Shown piece after piece: positions 1 to 9,649 of a stretch of DNA of 64,000 nt (positions are counted from its first letter, which is position 1; each line of letters opens with the position of its first letter). Under the pieces are notes generated by a model. It was given only the letters and a program-made list of their open reading frames with translations. It searched no databases and had not been told where the DNA came from. Both the position numbers and the translations under genes were made by a program. The DNA comes from Pseudomonadota bacterium (GTDB taxonomy: Bacteria > Bdellovibrionota_C > UBA2361 > OMII01): contig JAYPVM010000005.1 in assembly GCA_038134595.1 (NCBI GenBank), positions 21,408 through 85,407 on the forward strand. The letters run 5' to 3'.

Positions 1-866
1 CGCATGGCGGATTCAAATGCAACTCCCTCCTTCGAGATTCCCGTTGGGCTGTCGATTTTCTCCTGGCCCCATCCAACCCCCAAAATAACAAGATCAGTTT
101 CCCGTAGGTCCTCCCGTCCGACTCTTAGCAATACACCGGTCCCAACCGCTTCACCAAGCACTAAACCACTCGACTGCTGGGAGCCCTCTGCACAAGGCCT
201 ACACGGCCACCGGCCTGATTCCTGGCCGGCTATTCGTAGGGCTTGAATTTGGGCAAAAGTAAATGAAGTTAGGGGGGCCTCGCTCCCTCCAAATAGCGCG
301 GCGTTGGCCATACCACTCTCAACAAATGCCTTTGAAATAAGAAGGCTGTGAAAAGCCGAGGTGCACGTCATCGATGTGGAAAACGTTGCAAGGTTATGAC
401 TTAGCTGCTCTGGATAAGAACGAGCAAGCAGGTCCTGACCAACCCAGCTTGATATTGAGCCAGACGTAGTAACTGGAGAGGCGAGCGGACTAAGCTTGGT
501 CTCGGACTCCAGCATTTGGGAATAAAACCCTTCAATTGATATAGTTGGTCCCCTAGACGAACCTACAGAAATTACGCCAATATCCGAAACATCCTCTATC
601 GATCTTATCGACTGTCTACTAGAAGCGAGGGCCATCTGCGCTGTCCGATCAAGGCACCTGTATCGCGGAGTCATGCAAACTTCTCTGAGTATTTCTTGAG
701 CACGCGAATGGAGCGGAAAAACCGGAACACCAATTTGCTGCAGCTCCCTGGTAGGCGCCTGAGACCATAAAAGGGCATCGTTCCAACAGTCTACACTCGT
801 GCCAACCGACGAAAATACGGTCAAACCACGAATCACCAGCTGTGTTTTATCCTTCGCACTAGTCAT
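1..866 (-). CDS. beta-ketoacyl-[ACP] synthase (KAS I/II-like), 5' part only; C-terminus lies beyond the window start
   Basis: Manual translation of the minus strand from ATG at 866..864 is open to position 1 (the track omits it because there is no stop in the window). N-terminus MTSAKDKTQLVIRGLTVFSSVG resembles the KAS N-terminus. An active-site-like segment STSMTCTSAFHSLL...AALFGGSEA matches the KAS Cys motif (TACTSGxHxI...GGxE). The start lies 5 nt from the bioF-like stop. Confidence 0.6.
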   Translation of the reverse strand, partial: MTSAKDKTQLVIRGLTVFSSVGTSVDCWNDALLWSQAPTRELQQIGVPVFPLHSRAQEILREVCMTPRYRCLDRTAQMALASSRQSIRSIEDVSDIGVISVGSSRGPTISIEGFYSQMLESETKLSPLASPVTTSGSISSWVGQDLLARSYPEQLSHNLATFSTSMTCTSAFHSLLISKAFVESGMANAALFGGSEAPLTSFTFAQIQALRIAGQESGRWPCRPCAEGSQQSSGLVLGEAVGTGVLLRVGREDLRETDLVILGVGWGQEKIDSPTGISKEGVAFESAM

Positions 867-870
867 GAGA

Positions 871-2004
871 TTAGAAATTTCTTTTGAGTAGCTGCCAGAG
901 CTGTTTTATCTCGCTTGGTGAATTGAAACTGTGAATACAGACTCTGATACGCTCCTCTCCCTCCGGCACGGTCGGACTCCGGATTCCTTTCGCCAATAGC
1001 CCTGACTCCGCAAGAAGATTTTGCGCGGCCATTACCGGCTCATTGCCCGATATCTTGCATACCTGTATCGGAGAGTTTGGCCTAAAATCAACATTCTTAC
1101 TATCAGCGTGAACTAGTTTACCCCACAGTGCAATATTTGACATAAGTTGACAGCGCCGTTTGGTCGCCGTTCTCAACAAACCTAACGACTCCTGAACCAG
1201 CGCAATCGTAATTAAATCAGGGGCAGTTGAGTATATAAAGGGGCGAGAGAAGTTTACCAAATACTCCTTAAGGGTGGCGCTCCCAACCACACAGGCCCCT
1301 TTGTAGCCTGCAGCCTTACCGAAGGTGTGTACCCGCGCGAAACAAACCTGGTCGATGCCATACTGGCAAACAAGCCCCTCTCCATAACTACCAAACACTC
1401 CCGTGGAATGCGCCTCGTCGACAATTAGCTTAAAATCCAACTCTAGGGAGAGTTCGCACAAATCCTCGAGCGGCGCCGTATCACCATCCATAGAGTACAG
1501 GGACTCCACTGCAACAAACACCTCACCGGATGCGTTTAGAACCTTGCTTCGTAAATCGTCAAGATCGTTATGCCGGAAGGAAAACGAGCGAGCTTGACTG
1601 AGCCGGATTCCATCTCGCATCGACGCATGAATGTTTTTGTCATAGATAATCGTGTCTCCGCGAGTACCGATGCAAGACATGAGGCCGAGATTAGCCTCGT
1701 ATCCCGAACCAAAAAAAAGAGCTGACTCGGATCTAAAAAATTGAGCCAGAGATTCTTCGAGTACAACGTGACTATCGGTGGTTCCGCTCACAAGTCGCGA
1801 TCCAGTTGCTCCGATTTGCCAGCTCACTTGAGCGAATAATTCGGCAAAGTCAATCGAACGAGCAATCTCCCGTGACAAGCCAAGATAATCATTGGAGCAG
1901 AAATCAACACCTACCCCGCTCGTTTTGCTGAGGAAGCGATATCGGCCGTCAGATTGCGCTTTGGATAAAGCCTTAACCAAATGTGAGGGAGGTCTGATTT
2001 CCAT
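871..2004 (-). CDS. bioF: alpha-oxoamine synthase family PLP enzyme, most likely 8-amino-7-oxononanoate synthase
   Basis: 377 aa. Motifs VDEAHSTGVFG and HTFGKAAGYKGACVVGS (PLP-Lys region) are typical of the BioF/KBL/SPT family. Length fits BioF. A serine-palmitoyltransferase-like role cannot be excluded from sequence alone. Confidence 0.75.
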   Translation of the reverse strand: MEIRPPSHLVKALSKAQSDGRYRFLSKTSGVGVDFCSNDYLGLSREIARSIDFAELFAQVSWQIGATGSRLVSGTTDSHVVLEESLAQFFRSESALFFGSGYEANLGLMSCIGTRGDTIIYDKNIHASMRDGIRLSQARSFSFRHNDLDDLRSKVLNASGEVFVAVESLYSMDGDTAPLEDLCELSLELDFKLIVDEAHSTGVFGSYGEGLVCQYGIDQVCFARVHTFGKAAGYKGACVVGSATLKEYLVNFSRPFIYSTAPDLITIALVQESLGLLRTATKRRCQLMSNIALWGKLVHADSKNVDFRPNSPIQVCKISGNEPVMAAQNLLAESGLLAKGIRSPTVPEGEERIRVCIHSFNSPSEIKQLWQLLKRNF

Positions 2005-2144
2005 TTCTATCTATCACTACAACATAAACAGCACGCGATATCTCTTATTTTTTGGCTCCCTAGTTGGACATTGAGAGGGTTCCTGACGATGGCAAAGTAT
2101 GGTATCAAACCGGTACTGAAATTACCAAGCACGTAGGAACTTAA

Positions 2145-3407
2145 ATGGACTTTCTCGAAGAATTAACCTGGCGGGGCTTATTGCAAGATACCTCAGATCC
2201 CCAATTATTTTCAAAGCTTAGGCCTGGCGATAGTTTTTATATCGGATTTGATCCAACAGCCCCATCCCTTCAAGTTGGAAACCTTGTTCAGCTACTAGTG
2301 GCAATCCATCTCACAAAAAAACTTAAATTAAAACCTATACTGCTTTTTGGTGGTGCAACTGGCATGATTGGAGACCCCGGTGGTCGGAGTGCCGAGCGAA
2401 ACCTACTACCATTAGAGCAGGTAGCAAGAAACGTAGAGCTTCAGACCGCTCAGGCTAAGCGGTTGTGGCAACACGCCGGTTGCGACGTTTCGCCACAATT
2501 TGTCAATAATCTCGACTGGGCCGAGGGGTTATCAATGCTTTCGTTCCTTCGCGACGTAGGCAAACATTTCACCGTAAACTATATGCTCCAAAAAGAGTCC
2601 GTAAAGGCAAGACTTTCTGGAGATGGCATATCGTATACCGAATTTAGCTACATGCTCCTACAGGCCAACGACTTTGACCATCTATACAACACCAAAAACT
2701 GCAAGCTTCAATTTGGCGGCTCCGATCAATGGGGTAACATAACAGCAGGGCTTGAGCTTATCAGGCGACGGTCCCAAGGGGAGGCGTTCGGCTTCTCGGT
2801 ACCATTGATAACCAACGCAGACGGAAAGAAGTTCGGAAAAAGCGCTGGTAATGCCATATGGCTTGATTCAGGCCTTACCTCACCGTATACCTTTCATCAG
2901 TTTTGGTTAAACACACCGGACACAGAGGTCGTAAAACTTCTCAAAGTTTTTACCTCCAGCTCCCCCGAAGAGGTTAGTCGCTTTGAGGGATTAGTCAAAA
3001 CTGCCCCGCAGAAGCGCGAAGCACAACGGTATTTAGCCGATGTGCTATGCACCATGATTCACGGAGAGAGAGCAACTCTCGATGCAACTCTGGCGGCTAA
3101 TGTGCTTTTTGGTGGAACAATCGAGGGGCTAACTCTCGATCAAATTGAGGAGATATTTGCAGAAGCTCCCAATACGGTCATAGCTACATCCGAGGTGCAG
3201 ACCTTAACCATATTAGACCTTCTTGCAAAAACCGTGGCAAGCTCCAAGGGTGAGGCGCGTCGCCTCGTCCAAGCCGGTGGCATCTACTTGGACAATCTCC
3301 GCTGTGAAGACGCCTCCATGGGAGTCGCGAGCACGAATTTAATCCAGAAGGGGTTTCTCGTGCTCCGAAGTGGCAAGAAAAACTACCACCTCGTCAAAGT
3401 GGCGTAG
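2145..3407 (+). CDS. tyrS: tyrosyl-tRNA synthetase
   Basis: 420 aa. Class I HIGH-like (PTAPSLQVGNL) and KMSKS-like (KFGKSAGN) motifs and a C-terminal S4-like domain. Divergent from the bioF-like gene. Confidence 0.95.
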   Translation: MDFLEELTWRGLLQDTSDPQLFSKLRPGDSFYIGFDPTAPSLQVGNLVQLLVAIHLTKKLKLKPILLFGGATGMIGDPGGRSAERNLLPLEQVARNVELQTAQAKRLWQHAGCDVSPQFVNNLDWAEGLSMLSFLRDVGKHFTVNYMLQKESVKARLSGDGISYTEFSYMLLQANDFDHLYNTKNCKLQFGGSDQWGNITAGLELIRRRSQGEAFGFSVPLITNADGKKFGKSAGNAIWLDSGLTSPYTFHQFWLNTPDTEVVKLLKVFTSSSPEEVSRFEGLVKTAPQKREAQRYLADVLCTMIHGERATLDATLAANVLFGGTIEGLTLDQIEEIFAEAPNTVIATSEVQTLTILDLLAKTVASSKGEARRLVQAGGIYLDNLRCEDASMGVASTNLIQKGFLVLRSGKKNYHLVKVA

Positions 3408-3409
3408 AG

Positions 3410-3868
3410 GTGTCTCAAGCCATGAAATCGGGCCGATACTCTCTTGGTGATACAGTGCGCGTAACTACCCTCGAGCAAAACGGAACCATTAAGCGGGTCT
3501 TAAATAATGGGAGATACGAAATTGCCATCGGCTCATTTACGACAATATGCTCTGATCACGATCTTACCGGTGCAGTTAAAGAGGCATCTACCCCAACAGC
3601 TTCGCTCAATCTACACGCCCACCAAAAAAAACCGCAGGTTAATCGCACGATCGATCTGCATGGACTCACCGCACTTGACGCAGAGAGCGCGCTAGAAACG
3701 TGGCTCAATACTCTAATCCTTCAGAATGGCAAGCAGGGTCGGATAATTCACGGCCTAGGAACCGGAGTGGTACAGAGAGTGACCCACGCGGTTCTCTCAA
3801 GGTATGGGTCTGTGCGATCCTATAAAATAAACCCGTCCAATCCCGGCGAAACTCTGGTTTATCTGTAA
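3410..3868 (+). CDS. Smr (small MutS-related) domain protein
   Basis: 152 aa. C-terminal Smr domain (IDLHGLTALDAESALETWL...GRIIHGLGTGVVQ). Starts 3 nt after the tyrS stop. Confidence 0.75.
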   Translation: MSQAMKSGRYSLGDTVRVTTLEQNGTIKRVLNNGRYEIAIGSFTTICSDHDLTGAVKEASTPTASLNLHAHQKKPQVNRTIDLHGLTALDAESALETWLNTLILQNGKQGRIIHGLGTGVVQRVTHAVLSRYGSVRSYKINPSNPGETLVYL

Positions 3869-3878
3869 TAAAAGCGCA

Positions 3879-4688
3879 CTATGATTCGGTAATGATACTT
3901 AGCGCTTCACTGGCTGCTACAAAACCCATTGTTCCCGTCATAAATACAGCACTACCGAGACCATCGTTGCAGGTCTTTCTTGGAGAGGAAGCTTGGTTAT
4001 GACATTCAATGGTTATGGGCTTTCGCGGGCCCCTTTGTAGCGGCACGTACACTGCAGAAACACCAAACACGCTTCGATCTCCTCTTGGAAACTCATGCTT
4101 CTGCCGAAGCCGTTTGCGAACAATCTGCAGCAAAGCGTCGTATTCCGTTTTTGCTAAATCCGTCACTACTATTCGACTAGGGTCTATCCGGTCGCCTCCT
4201 GAGCCGACTGTCACAATTCTAACGCTTCTTTTTACACACTCTGCAATGAGGGAGGCTTTAACCTTTGCACTATCGATCGCATCTATGACGACATCATAAC
4301 GATGGGACAGAACCTCTGAGAGCGAGTTATCCGTGACAAACTTCTCCATCAAGCGCAGGTTACATGTGGGGTTAATATCTCGGATACGTTCCCCGAGGGC
4401 TCGACATTTTGATGCACCGACAGTCGAGCTAAGCGCCTGCACCTGTCGATTAATATTAGTGACACAGACGTCATCAAGGTCGACAAGTGTAATGTTTCCG
4501 ATTCCAGACCGAGCGCAGGCCTCAGCACACCAGGATCCAACACCACCAAGACCTATGATACAAACGGAAGATGATGCGATTTTACCAAATTTTTCGGGGC
4601 CATAGAGGGCTTCGACGCCGGCGAAGCGGAAGTCGTTAGTTACCGTCGCATCGATAGATGCGGTATGACCGAATACAGGTTTTGACAT
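3879..4688 (-). CDS. tcdA: ThiF/MoeB-family adenylyltransferase, TcdA-like tRNA threonylcarbamoyladenosine dehydratase
   Basis: 269 aa. Nucleotide-binding GLGGVGSW motif. Size and architecture match TcdA/CsdL. Confidence 0.65.
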   Translation of the reverse strand: MSKPVFGHTASIDATVTNDFRFAGVEALYGPEKFGKIASSSVCIIGLGGVGSWCAEACARSGIGNITLVDLDDVCVTNINRQVQALSSTVGASKCRALGERIRDINPTCNLRLMEKFVTDNSLSEVLSHRYDVVIDAIDSAKVKASLIAECVKRSVRIVTVGSGGDRIDPSRIVVTDLAKTEYDALLQIVRKRLRQKHEFPRGDRSVFGVSAVYVPLQRGPRKPITIECHNQASSPRKTCNDGLGSAVFMTGTMGFVAASEALSIITES

Positions 4689-4864
4689 TGGTTGGTATGG
4701 TACCTAGAATTTTTGTATATATCTACTCTCGCTAGATCCTCCAAAGCTTAGCCGGATTTTCCCAATATCTTCAATAATTCCTATAGATACAACAATCGCA
4801 TCTAAAACTCGGATTACATCGGGCAGTACGGCAGTTGAATAACGATTAACTCGACCCTGCTTGA

Positions 4865-4893
4865 CCGTCATTAATAACAAGCATCAATGACGG
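4865..4893. promoter_or_regulatory. palindrome CCGTCATT-N13-AATGACGG in the divergent tcdA/oxidoreductase intergenic region
   Basis: 8-bp perfect arms read from the sequence. Shares the 11-mer ATCAATGACGG with the palindrome at 13075..13116. Confidence 0.25.
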
Positions 4894-5028
4894 GGAATCT
4901 CGAATAGGCTAAGATAAGTTTTGGGTGGACGGCTAGGGCTCAGTGCGAGTAAATCTGAGCACTTGTTGGGCCAACTAAACGGCTCGTTTAGCTTAGAGTT
5001 GGCGGTCCTTCGTAAGTGGAGATTCCTT

Positions 5029-6258
5029 ATGTACGATGCGGACGTCATTGTAATTGGCGCTGGCTTAACCGGACTTCGGGCGGCTGTTGAACTATCTACC
5101 GTTGGAGCATCGGTTATTGTAATTGAACGCGGCTCCTCGGTCGGCGGCAGAGTGAGGACGACATGTCACGATGGGTGCCTGCTAGATTATGGATTTCAGG
5201 TTATTCATACCGGATATCCCGAACTATCACGCCTTAATCTTTTATCTGAGTTAGATCTTAAACCTTTTACTGCCGGGGCCCGAATATATTTTACCGACGG
5301 GAGTCGGTCTTCTGACATCCTAAGCCCTATCCATCATCCGATTGCTAGCCTTCGAGCAATCGGAACAAAAGACTGCTCGATTAGCGACCTCCTCAAATGT
5401 GCTCCTATAATGCTTCCCAGGTTTCGCAGACAACCGAAACCAATGGGGATGCCGTTTTACGAACTATTACAAAGCAAACGCTTCACCGAGCGTTTCCATT
5501 CTGGCTTTCTAAAGCCGATGTTGCGGGGTGTTCTACTTGACGAGCTTTTAAAGATGGATGCCGGGATAGCTCTGTTTTTCGCGAATATCATATGCTCCGG
5601 TAGGGCTTCACTGCCACGTTACGGAATTCAGGCCCTTCCCGATCTATTAGCAAGTAAGCTAGGGACAAACCACATCACGCTTAATACGTCAGTTCGTTGG
5701 GTGTCTCAACATGAGGTGGAGCTTGAAAGCGGAGCCAGTCTCACCGCAAAACACATCATATGTGCGACCGATAGCCTCACTGCTTCAACATTCGGAGGTG
5801 GCGAGCAAACGATTCCCTACAATGGAACCACCACTCTGTATTTTAGGGCTACAGAACCACCTTTTGCAGAGCCGCTACTCGTTCTCTCGGGTGATAGCGG
5901 TGGTCCGATAAACAACATTGCAATTCCGACCAATATACAACCAAGCTACACAAACGATTCGTCGGCATTAATAGCTGCGTCCGTCGTCGGACGACCGGCA
6001 AAACTATCTCTCGATACTTTATTGCCCCAAGTACGACACCAAATGTCAGCGTGGTTTGGTCGATGTTGTCATGGCTGGGATTTTGTCAAGGAGTTTCGTA
6101 TCCCGATAGCCGTTCCAGCGCGCCCCCGGTGTGGGCCGGGATGGGAGCAACGAAACGGCATCTACTACGCCGGAGACTATTTGTCATATGGCTCTCACAA
6201 CGGAGCTCTTCAGGCTGGGCGCTTGGTAGCCAAACATGTCCTTGCTAATTTCTTTTGA
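5029..6258 (+). CDS. NAD(P)/FAD-dependent oxidoreductase (amine oxidase/desaturase-like)
   Basis: Rossmann dinucleotide motif VIVIGAGLTGLRAA sits at the N-terminus if translation starts at ATG 5029, which has a GTGGAG RBS 9 nt upstream. The track start 4921 is a non-ATG extension. Confidence 0.75.
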   Translation: MYDADVIVIGAGLTGLRAAVELSTVGASVIVIERGSSVGGRVRTTCHDGCLLDYGFQVIHTGYPELSRLNLLSELDLKPFTAGARIYFTDGSRSSDILSPIHHPIASLRAIGTKDCSISDLLKCAPIMLPRFRRQPKPMGMPFYELLQSKRFTERFHSGFLKPMLRGVLLDELLKMDAGIALFFANIICSGRASLPRYGIQALPDLLASKLGTNHITLNTSVRWVSQHEVELESGASLTAKHIICATDSLTASTFGGGEQTIPYNGTTTLYFRATEPPFAEPLLVLSGDSGGPINNIAIPTNIQPSYTNDSSALIAASVVGRPAKLSLDTLLPQVRHQMSAWFGRCCHGWDFVKEFRIPIAVPARPRCGPGWEQRNGIYYAGDYLSYGSHNGALQAGRLVAKHVLANFF

Positions 6259-8308
6259 GCACTAACGCAGTCCGGTTGGGTATATATAATTTTAGCAGCG
6301 ACTCTGCGCCTTGGGTGCGGTATACAATGGACTTGTCCACCCGTCCAAATCCACCGTATATGAGCTCATCTGTATTGAGCACCACTTTATATGTACCCGG
6401 TGGCACTTTTATCCCGTACCCCTCAAACGACCGCGCGGGATTGAGGTTGCTCACACACACGAGCTCTCCACGTCCAAACGCAAGAACCTGATCGCTTACA
6501 TGCTCATGTAACACGTCAATCCAATCCTGGTCGAAGATGTTATAAAAATCCGCTACCGCCATCATGCTTCGATCAAAGACTGATAGATGCTTGTACTTGA
6601 GTGTTTCAGAGTCAACGAGGCTCCACTGACGGCGAGCATGATGATAAGACCACCCATTACCCTCTCTCGGAAAGTCGACCCATTCTGGATGTCCGAATTC
6701 ATTACCCATGAAATTTAGGTATCCGTGCCCAGCGCTCAAAAGGGTGAGTAGACGAATAACTTTGTGCAGAGCAACAGCGCGTTCGATAACTGGGTGGTTG
6801 TCGTCACTCGACATGTGCCAATACATCTCTTTATCAGCCAGTCGAAACATAATAGTCTTGTCTCCGACCAGAGCCTGGTCATGCGATTCGCAATAATGAA
6901 TCGTCCGTTCCTCCGCTCTTCGGCCCGAAAGCTCGCGCCATATCTCGGACACGTTCCAATCTTCATCTCGGGTGTGCTTAAGTAGCTTTATCCAGAAATC
7001 TGGAACGCCCATAGCCAGGCGGTAATCAAAACCGATTCCGCCTTGGTCTCTTGGAGCGGCCAGGCCCGGCAGAGCCGTAACTTCTTCGGCAACGGTAATC
7101 GCATCGGGCCTTAAATCATGAATTAGTGTATTGGCAAGAGCAAGGTATGAAACCGCATCTTCATCGACATTTGGCGAGAAATAGTGGTCATAAGAATCAA
7201 CTCGACTACCCAAGCCGTGATCGTGGTAAATCATGCTGGTTACACCATCAAATCGAAAACCGTCGAACTTGAAAACGTCAAGCCAGTACCTGCAGTTTGA
7301 CAACAGAAAGTGAAGTGTTTCGGTTTTTCCATAGTCGAAGGTACGGGTATTCCAGGCACTGTGCTCCCCCCTTTCCCCTCCGTGAAAATACAAAGTATAC
7401 GATCCATCGAAACGACTCAGCCCCTCAACTTCGTTTTTTACAGCATGCGAATGAACAAGATCCATAATTACGGCGATGTCCATCGAATGTGCGGTGTCAA
7501 CCAAGCGCATGAGATCCTCTGGGGTGCCAAAACGCGATGAGGGTGCAAAGAAATTCGATACCTGATAACCAAAAGAACCGTAATATGGATGCTCCTGCAC
7601 TGCCATCAGCTGAATGGTGTTGTAGCCCGCCCTCTTTATTCGGGGTAAAACATAATCAGTAAACTCCCGATAGCTGGCAACCTTGGGGGACTCACTGGAC
7701 ATACCCACATGAGCCTCATATATCCGCGGCCCTTCATGCGTGACCTCAAAACGGGGGATCCTCCAATTATACTCCTCTGGCGGGCTCCAGACCTGTGCGC
7801 AAAATGAATAATCGTTTGAATCCTGAACTACGCGTCTACAAAAAGAGGGGATCCGCTCCCCGCTGTGCTCACCGCTTTCGTCGTTCCAGAACACGACAAG
7901 TTTGTACAGCATTCCGTGAGCAAGAGCCTCATCGGGTAATTCGAGATTCCATTCTCCGTTGCCCGTCGGTGTAAAGAGATTTTCATCCTTGATAGCCCAG
8001 TCCGAGAATTCTCCAATCAGAGCAATCTTTGATGCATTCGGGGCTCGTTCTCGAATTATCCATCCTGAAGAGTGCTTATGTAGTCCGAAGTGCTCATGAC
8101 CGAGAGCAAAATCCATGAGCGAACCATTGTCTGGACAGATTCGCCTGTGATGAAAGGCTATTGTTTGCAGACGACGCTCAAGAGCCTCTTTAAAAGGGCT
8201 TAACCAAGGGTCGGTTGTAAGGATTGAGTTGGGTTGCTCTTGGGCCTGTTCCATGGGATAACCATACTCTATCTTGGGCTCCTCCAAAATATTTGAATCG
8301 GCCAACAT
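6245..8308 (-). CDS. glgB: 1,4-alpha-glucan branching enzyme
   Basis: 687 aa. GH13 catalytic motifs (DLVHSH, GFRFDGVTSMIY, HDQ...) and the branching-enzyme N-domain. Convergent 14-nt overlap with the oxidoreductase. Confidence 0.9.
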   Translation of the reverse strand: MLADSNILEEPKIEYGYPMEQAQEQPNSILTTDPWLSPFKEALERRLQTIAFHHRRICPDNGSLMDFALGHEHFGLHKHSSGWIIRERAPNASKIALIGEFSDWAIKDENLFTPTGNGEWNLELPDEALAHGMLYKLVVFWNDESGEHSGERIPSFCRRVVQDSNDYSFCAQVWSPPEEYNWRIPRFEVTHEGPRIYEAHVGMSSESPKVASYREFTDYVLPRIKRAGYNTIQLMAVQEHPYYGSFGYQVSNFFAPSSRFGTPEDLMRLVDTAHSMDIAVIMDLVHSHAVKNEVEGLSRFDGSYTLYFHGGERGEHSAWNTRTFDYGKTETLHFLLSNCRYWLDVFKFDGFRFDGVTSMIYHDHGLGSRVDSYDHYFSPNVDEDAVSYLALANTLIHDLRPDAITVAEEVTALPGLAAPRDQGGIGFDYRLAMGVPDFWIKLLKHTRDEDWNVSEIWRELSGRRAEERTIHYCESHDQALVGDKTIMFRLADKEMYWHMSSDDNHPVIERAVALHKVIRLLTLLSAGHGYLNFMGNEFGHPEWVDFPREGNGWSYHHARRQWSLVDSETLKYKHLSVFDRSMMAVADFYNIFDQDWIDVLHEHVSDQVLAFGRGELVCVSNLNPARSFEGYGIKVPPGTYKVVLNTDELIYGGFGRVDKSIVYRTQGAESLLKLYIPNRTALVLKRN

Positions 8309-8353
8309 TCACTTTTTATTTAAACCGAGAGTATCATAGGTCGCGAGGACAAT

Positions 8354-8620
8354 GTGAAAAATACAGGTATCTGCCACGTTTTAGTAGTAATCGATGGAGC
8401 CAGCGAGGAGATTATAGAGGTTGTTGAACTTCTAAATTTTAATAAAAAGGCTTTTGCAGAGCAGCTTGACGTGCCCACCCTCACCGATCCGGAGATGCTA
8501 GACCGATACGTCATCGGTCCAGACGATGTGGATTTCGTGTCTCCATATCTCTCGAAGACCGTTGAATTTAACTTTTCGGAGTCGGGCTATTGGATTGAAG
8601 CCGTTAAGTACGACACGTAA
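8354..8620 (+). CDS. hypothetical small protein (GTG start)
   Basis: 88 aa. GAGGA 4-5 nt upstream of GTG. Divergent from glgB. No recognisable domain. Confidence 0.35.
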   Translation: MKNTGICHVLVVIDGASEEIIEVVELLNFNKKAFAEQLDVPTLTDPEMLDRYVIGPDDVDFVSPYLSKTVEFNFSESGYWIEAVKYDT

Positions 8621-8669
8621 ATCGCCGCCAGTAAAAAAGGCTTCGTCCAAGGGGCCCGTTTAGGCAGGT

Positions 8670-8948
8670 TTAATGGTGCCGTATTGAGGGTTCAATATCA
8701 AACCGGACTTTACAACGCACCATATATCGTTCGATGGTATTATCTTTTATGGACACTGTCATGTCGGTCACCTCAACAGTTTCGACATGCCGAAGTGTTT
8801 CGGTGGCCTCAGCGACACAGAGCTGAAGGGCATTTTCCCACCCGCTTTCCGACTCACCCACTAATTCAATTACCTTCGAAACCCCGTAGTTTGCTACTGC
8901 CGGTCGCTCTCTCTTCTGTTCTCGGTCTGACTTTGAAGCTTTGGACAT
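8670..8948 (-). CDS. dodecin-family flavin-binding protein
   Basis: 92 aa. Core YGVSKVIELVGESESGWENALQLCVAEATETLRHVETVEVTDMTV resembles the dodecin fold signature. Confidence 0.7.
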   Translation of the reverse strand: MSKASKSDREQKRERPAVANYGVSKVIELVGESESGWENALQLCVAEATETLRHVETVEVTDMTVSIKDNTIERYMVRCKVRFDIEPSIRHH

Positions 8949-9123
8949 GCTAGGTGCTCCTCATAAAATAACTATTCACAGCCACAATTTCAATACAACA
9001 AATTCGAATAATGCCGTTAACCGACCCGCTCTACTATGTGCCTAGTTACTCTAATCCCCGTCATAATTATGCTCCTCGCAATAGCGTAATTTCATTAAAT
9101 TAGGATTTAACGGAGAGCCGAAT

Positions 9124-9624
9124 ATGAAAAGCAACCAGTCGAAAAATATCCACACAAGGTTCTCGCCTTTATTGACCGTAGCAAGCGTTAGCGCACTTCT
9201 CATCGGAGGCGGCTTAATGTATCTATTTGATCCTCAAGCTGGCAACCGTCGTCGGGCTATCGCGAGAGACAGAACAAGGAAACTGGTCCGAAAGACCTCT
9301 CACCGCTCTCTTCAGCTCTTCAGGCACTCCAGAAACAGAGCTAGCGGAGTACTTTCGCTTCTGGTCAGAAATCTGATTTCCACTGGCGGGGTAAGTGATA
9401 GAAAGGTCTTAGGCCGGATAAAATCCTCGCTAGGTAGATCGATTAAACAGCCACATGCCGTCGCTGTCGTGGTTAAAAATGGCGCGGTTATGCTTCGAGG
9501 ATATCTCGACCGACACGAAATCTCGAAAGTCGTACAGGCGGTTCAAGAAATTCCTGGCGTGCGCGCGATAGAAAATCAAATCATCGATAAGTCTCAGGAG
9601 GTGACGTCAGCACACCAGCATTAA
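9124..9624 (+). CDS. BON-domain membrane protein (OsmY-like)
   Basis: 166 aa. N-terminal TM helix. C-terminal BON domain (VAVVVKNGAVMLRGYLDRHEISKVVQAVQEIPGVRAIENQI). Confidence 0.7.
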   Translation: MKSNQSKNIHTRFSPLLTVASVSALLIGGGLMYLFDPQAGNRRRAIARDRTRKLVRKTSHRSLQLFRHSRNRASGVLSLLVRNLISTGGVSDRKVLGRIKSSLGRSIKQPHAVAVVVKNGAVMLRGYLDRHEISKVVQAVQEIPGVRAIENQIIDKSQEVTSAHQH

Positions 9625-9649
9625 CTAGCCCTCTCTTCGCACCACCCTG

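Noticed and set aside
7-30. T-loop-like GGATTCAAATGC motif that could suggest a tRNA
   Set aside because: No acceptor or anticodon stems can be formed. It lies inside the KAS coding region.
4-246. 80-aa plus-strand ORF at the window start
   Set aside because: Lies antisense to a well-supported KAS-like reading frame (minus strand, open 866..1). Pro/Ser-rich and low complexity.
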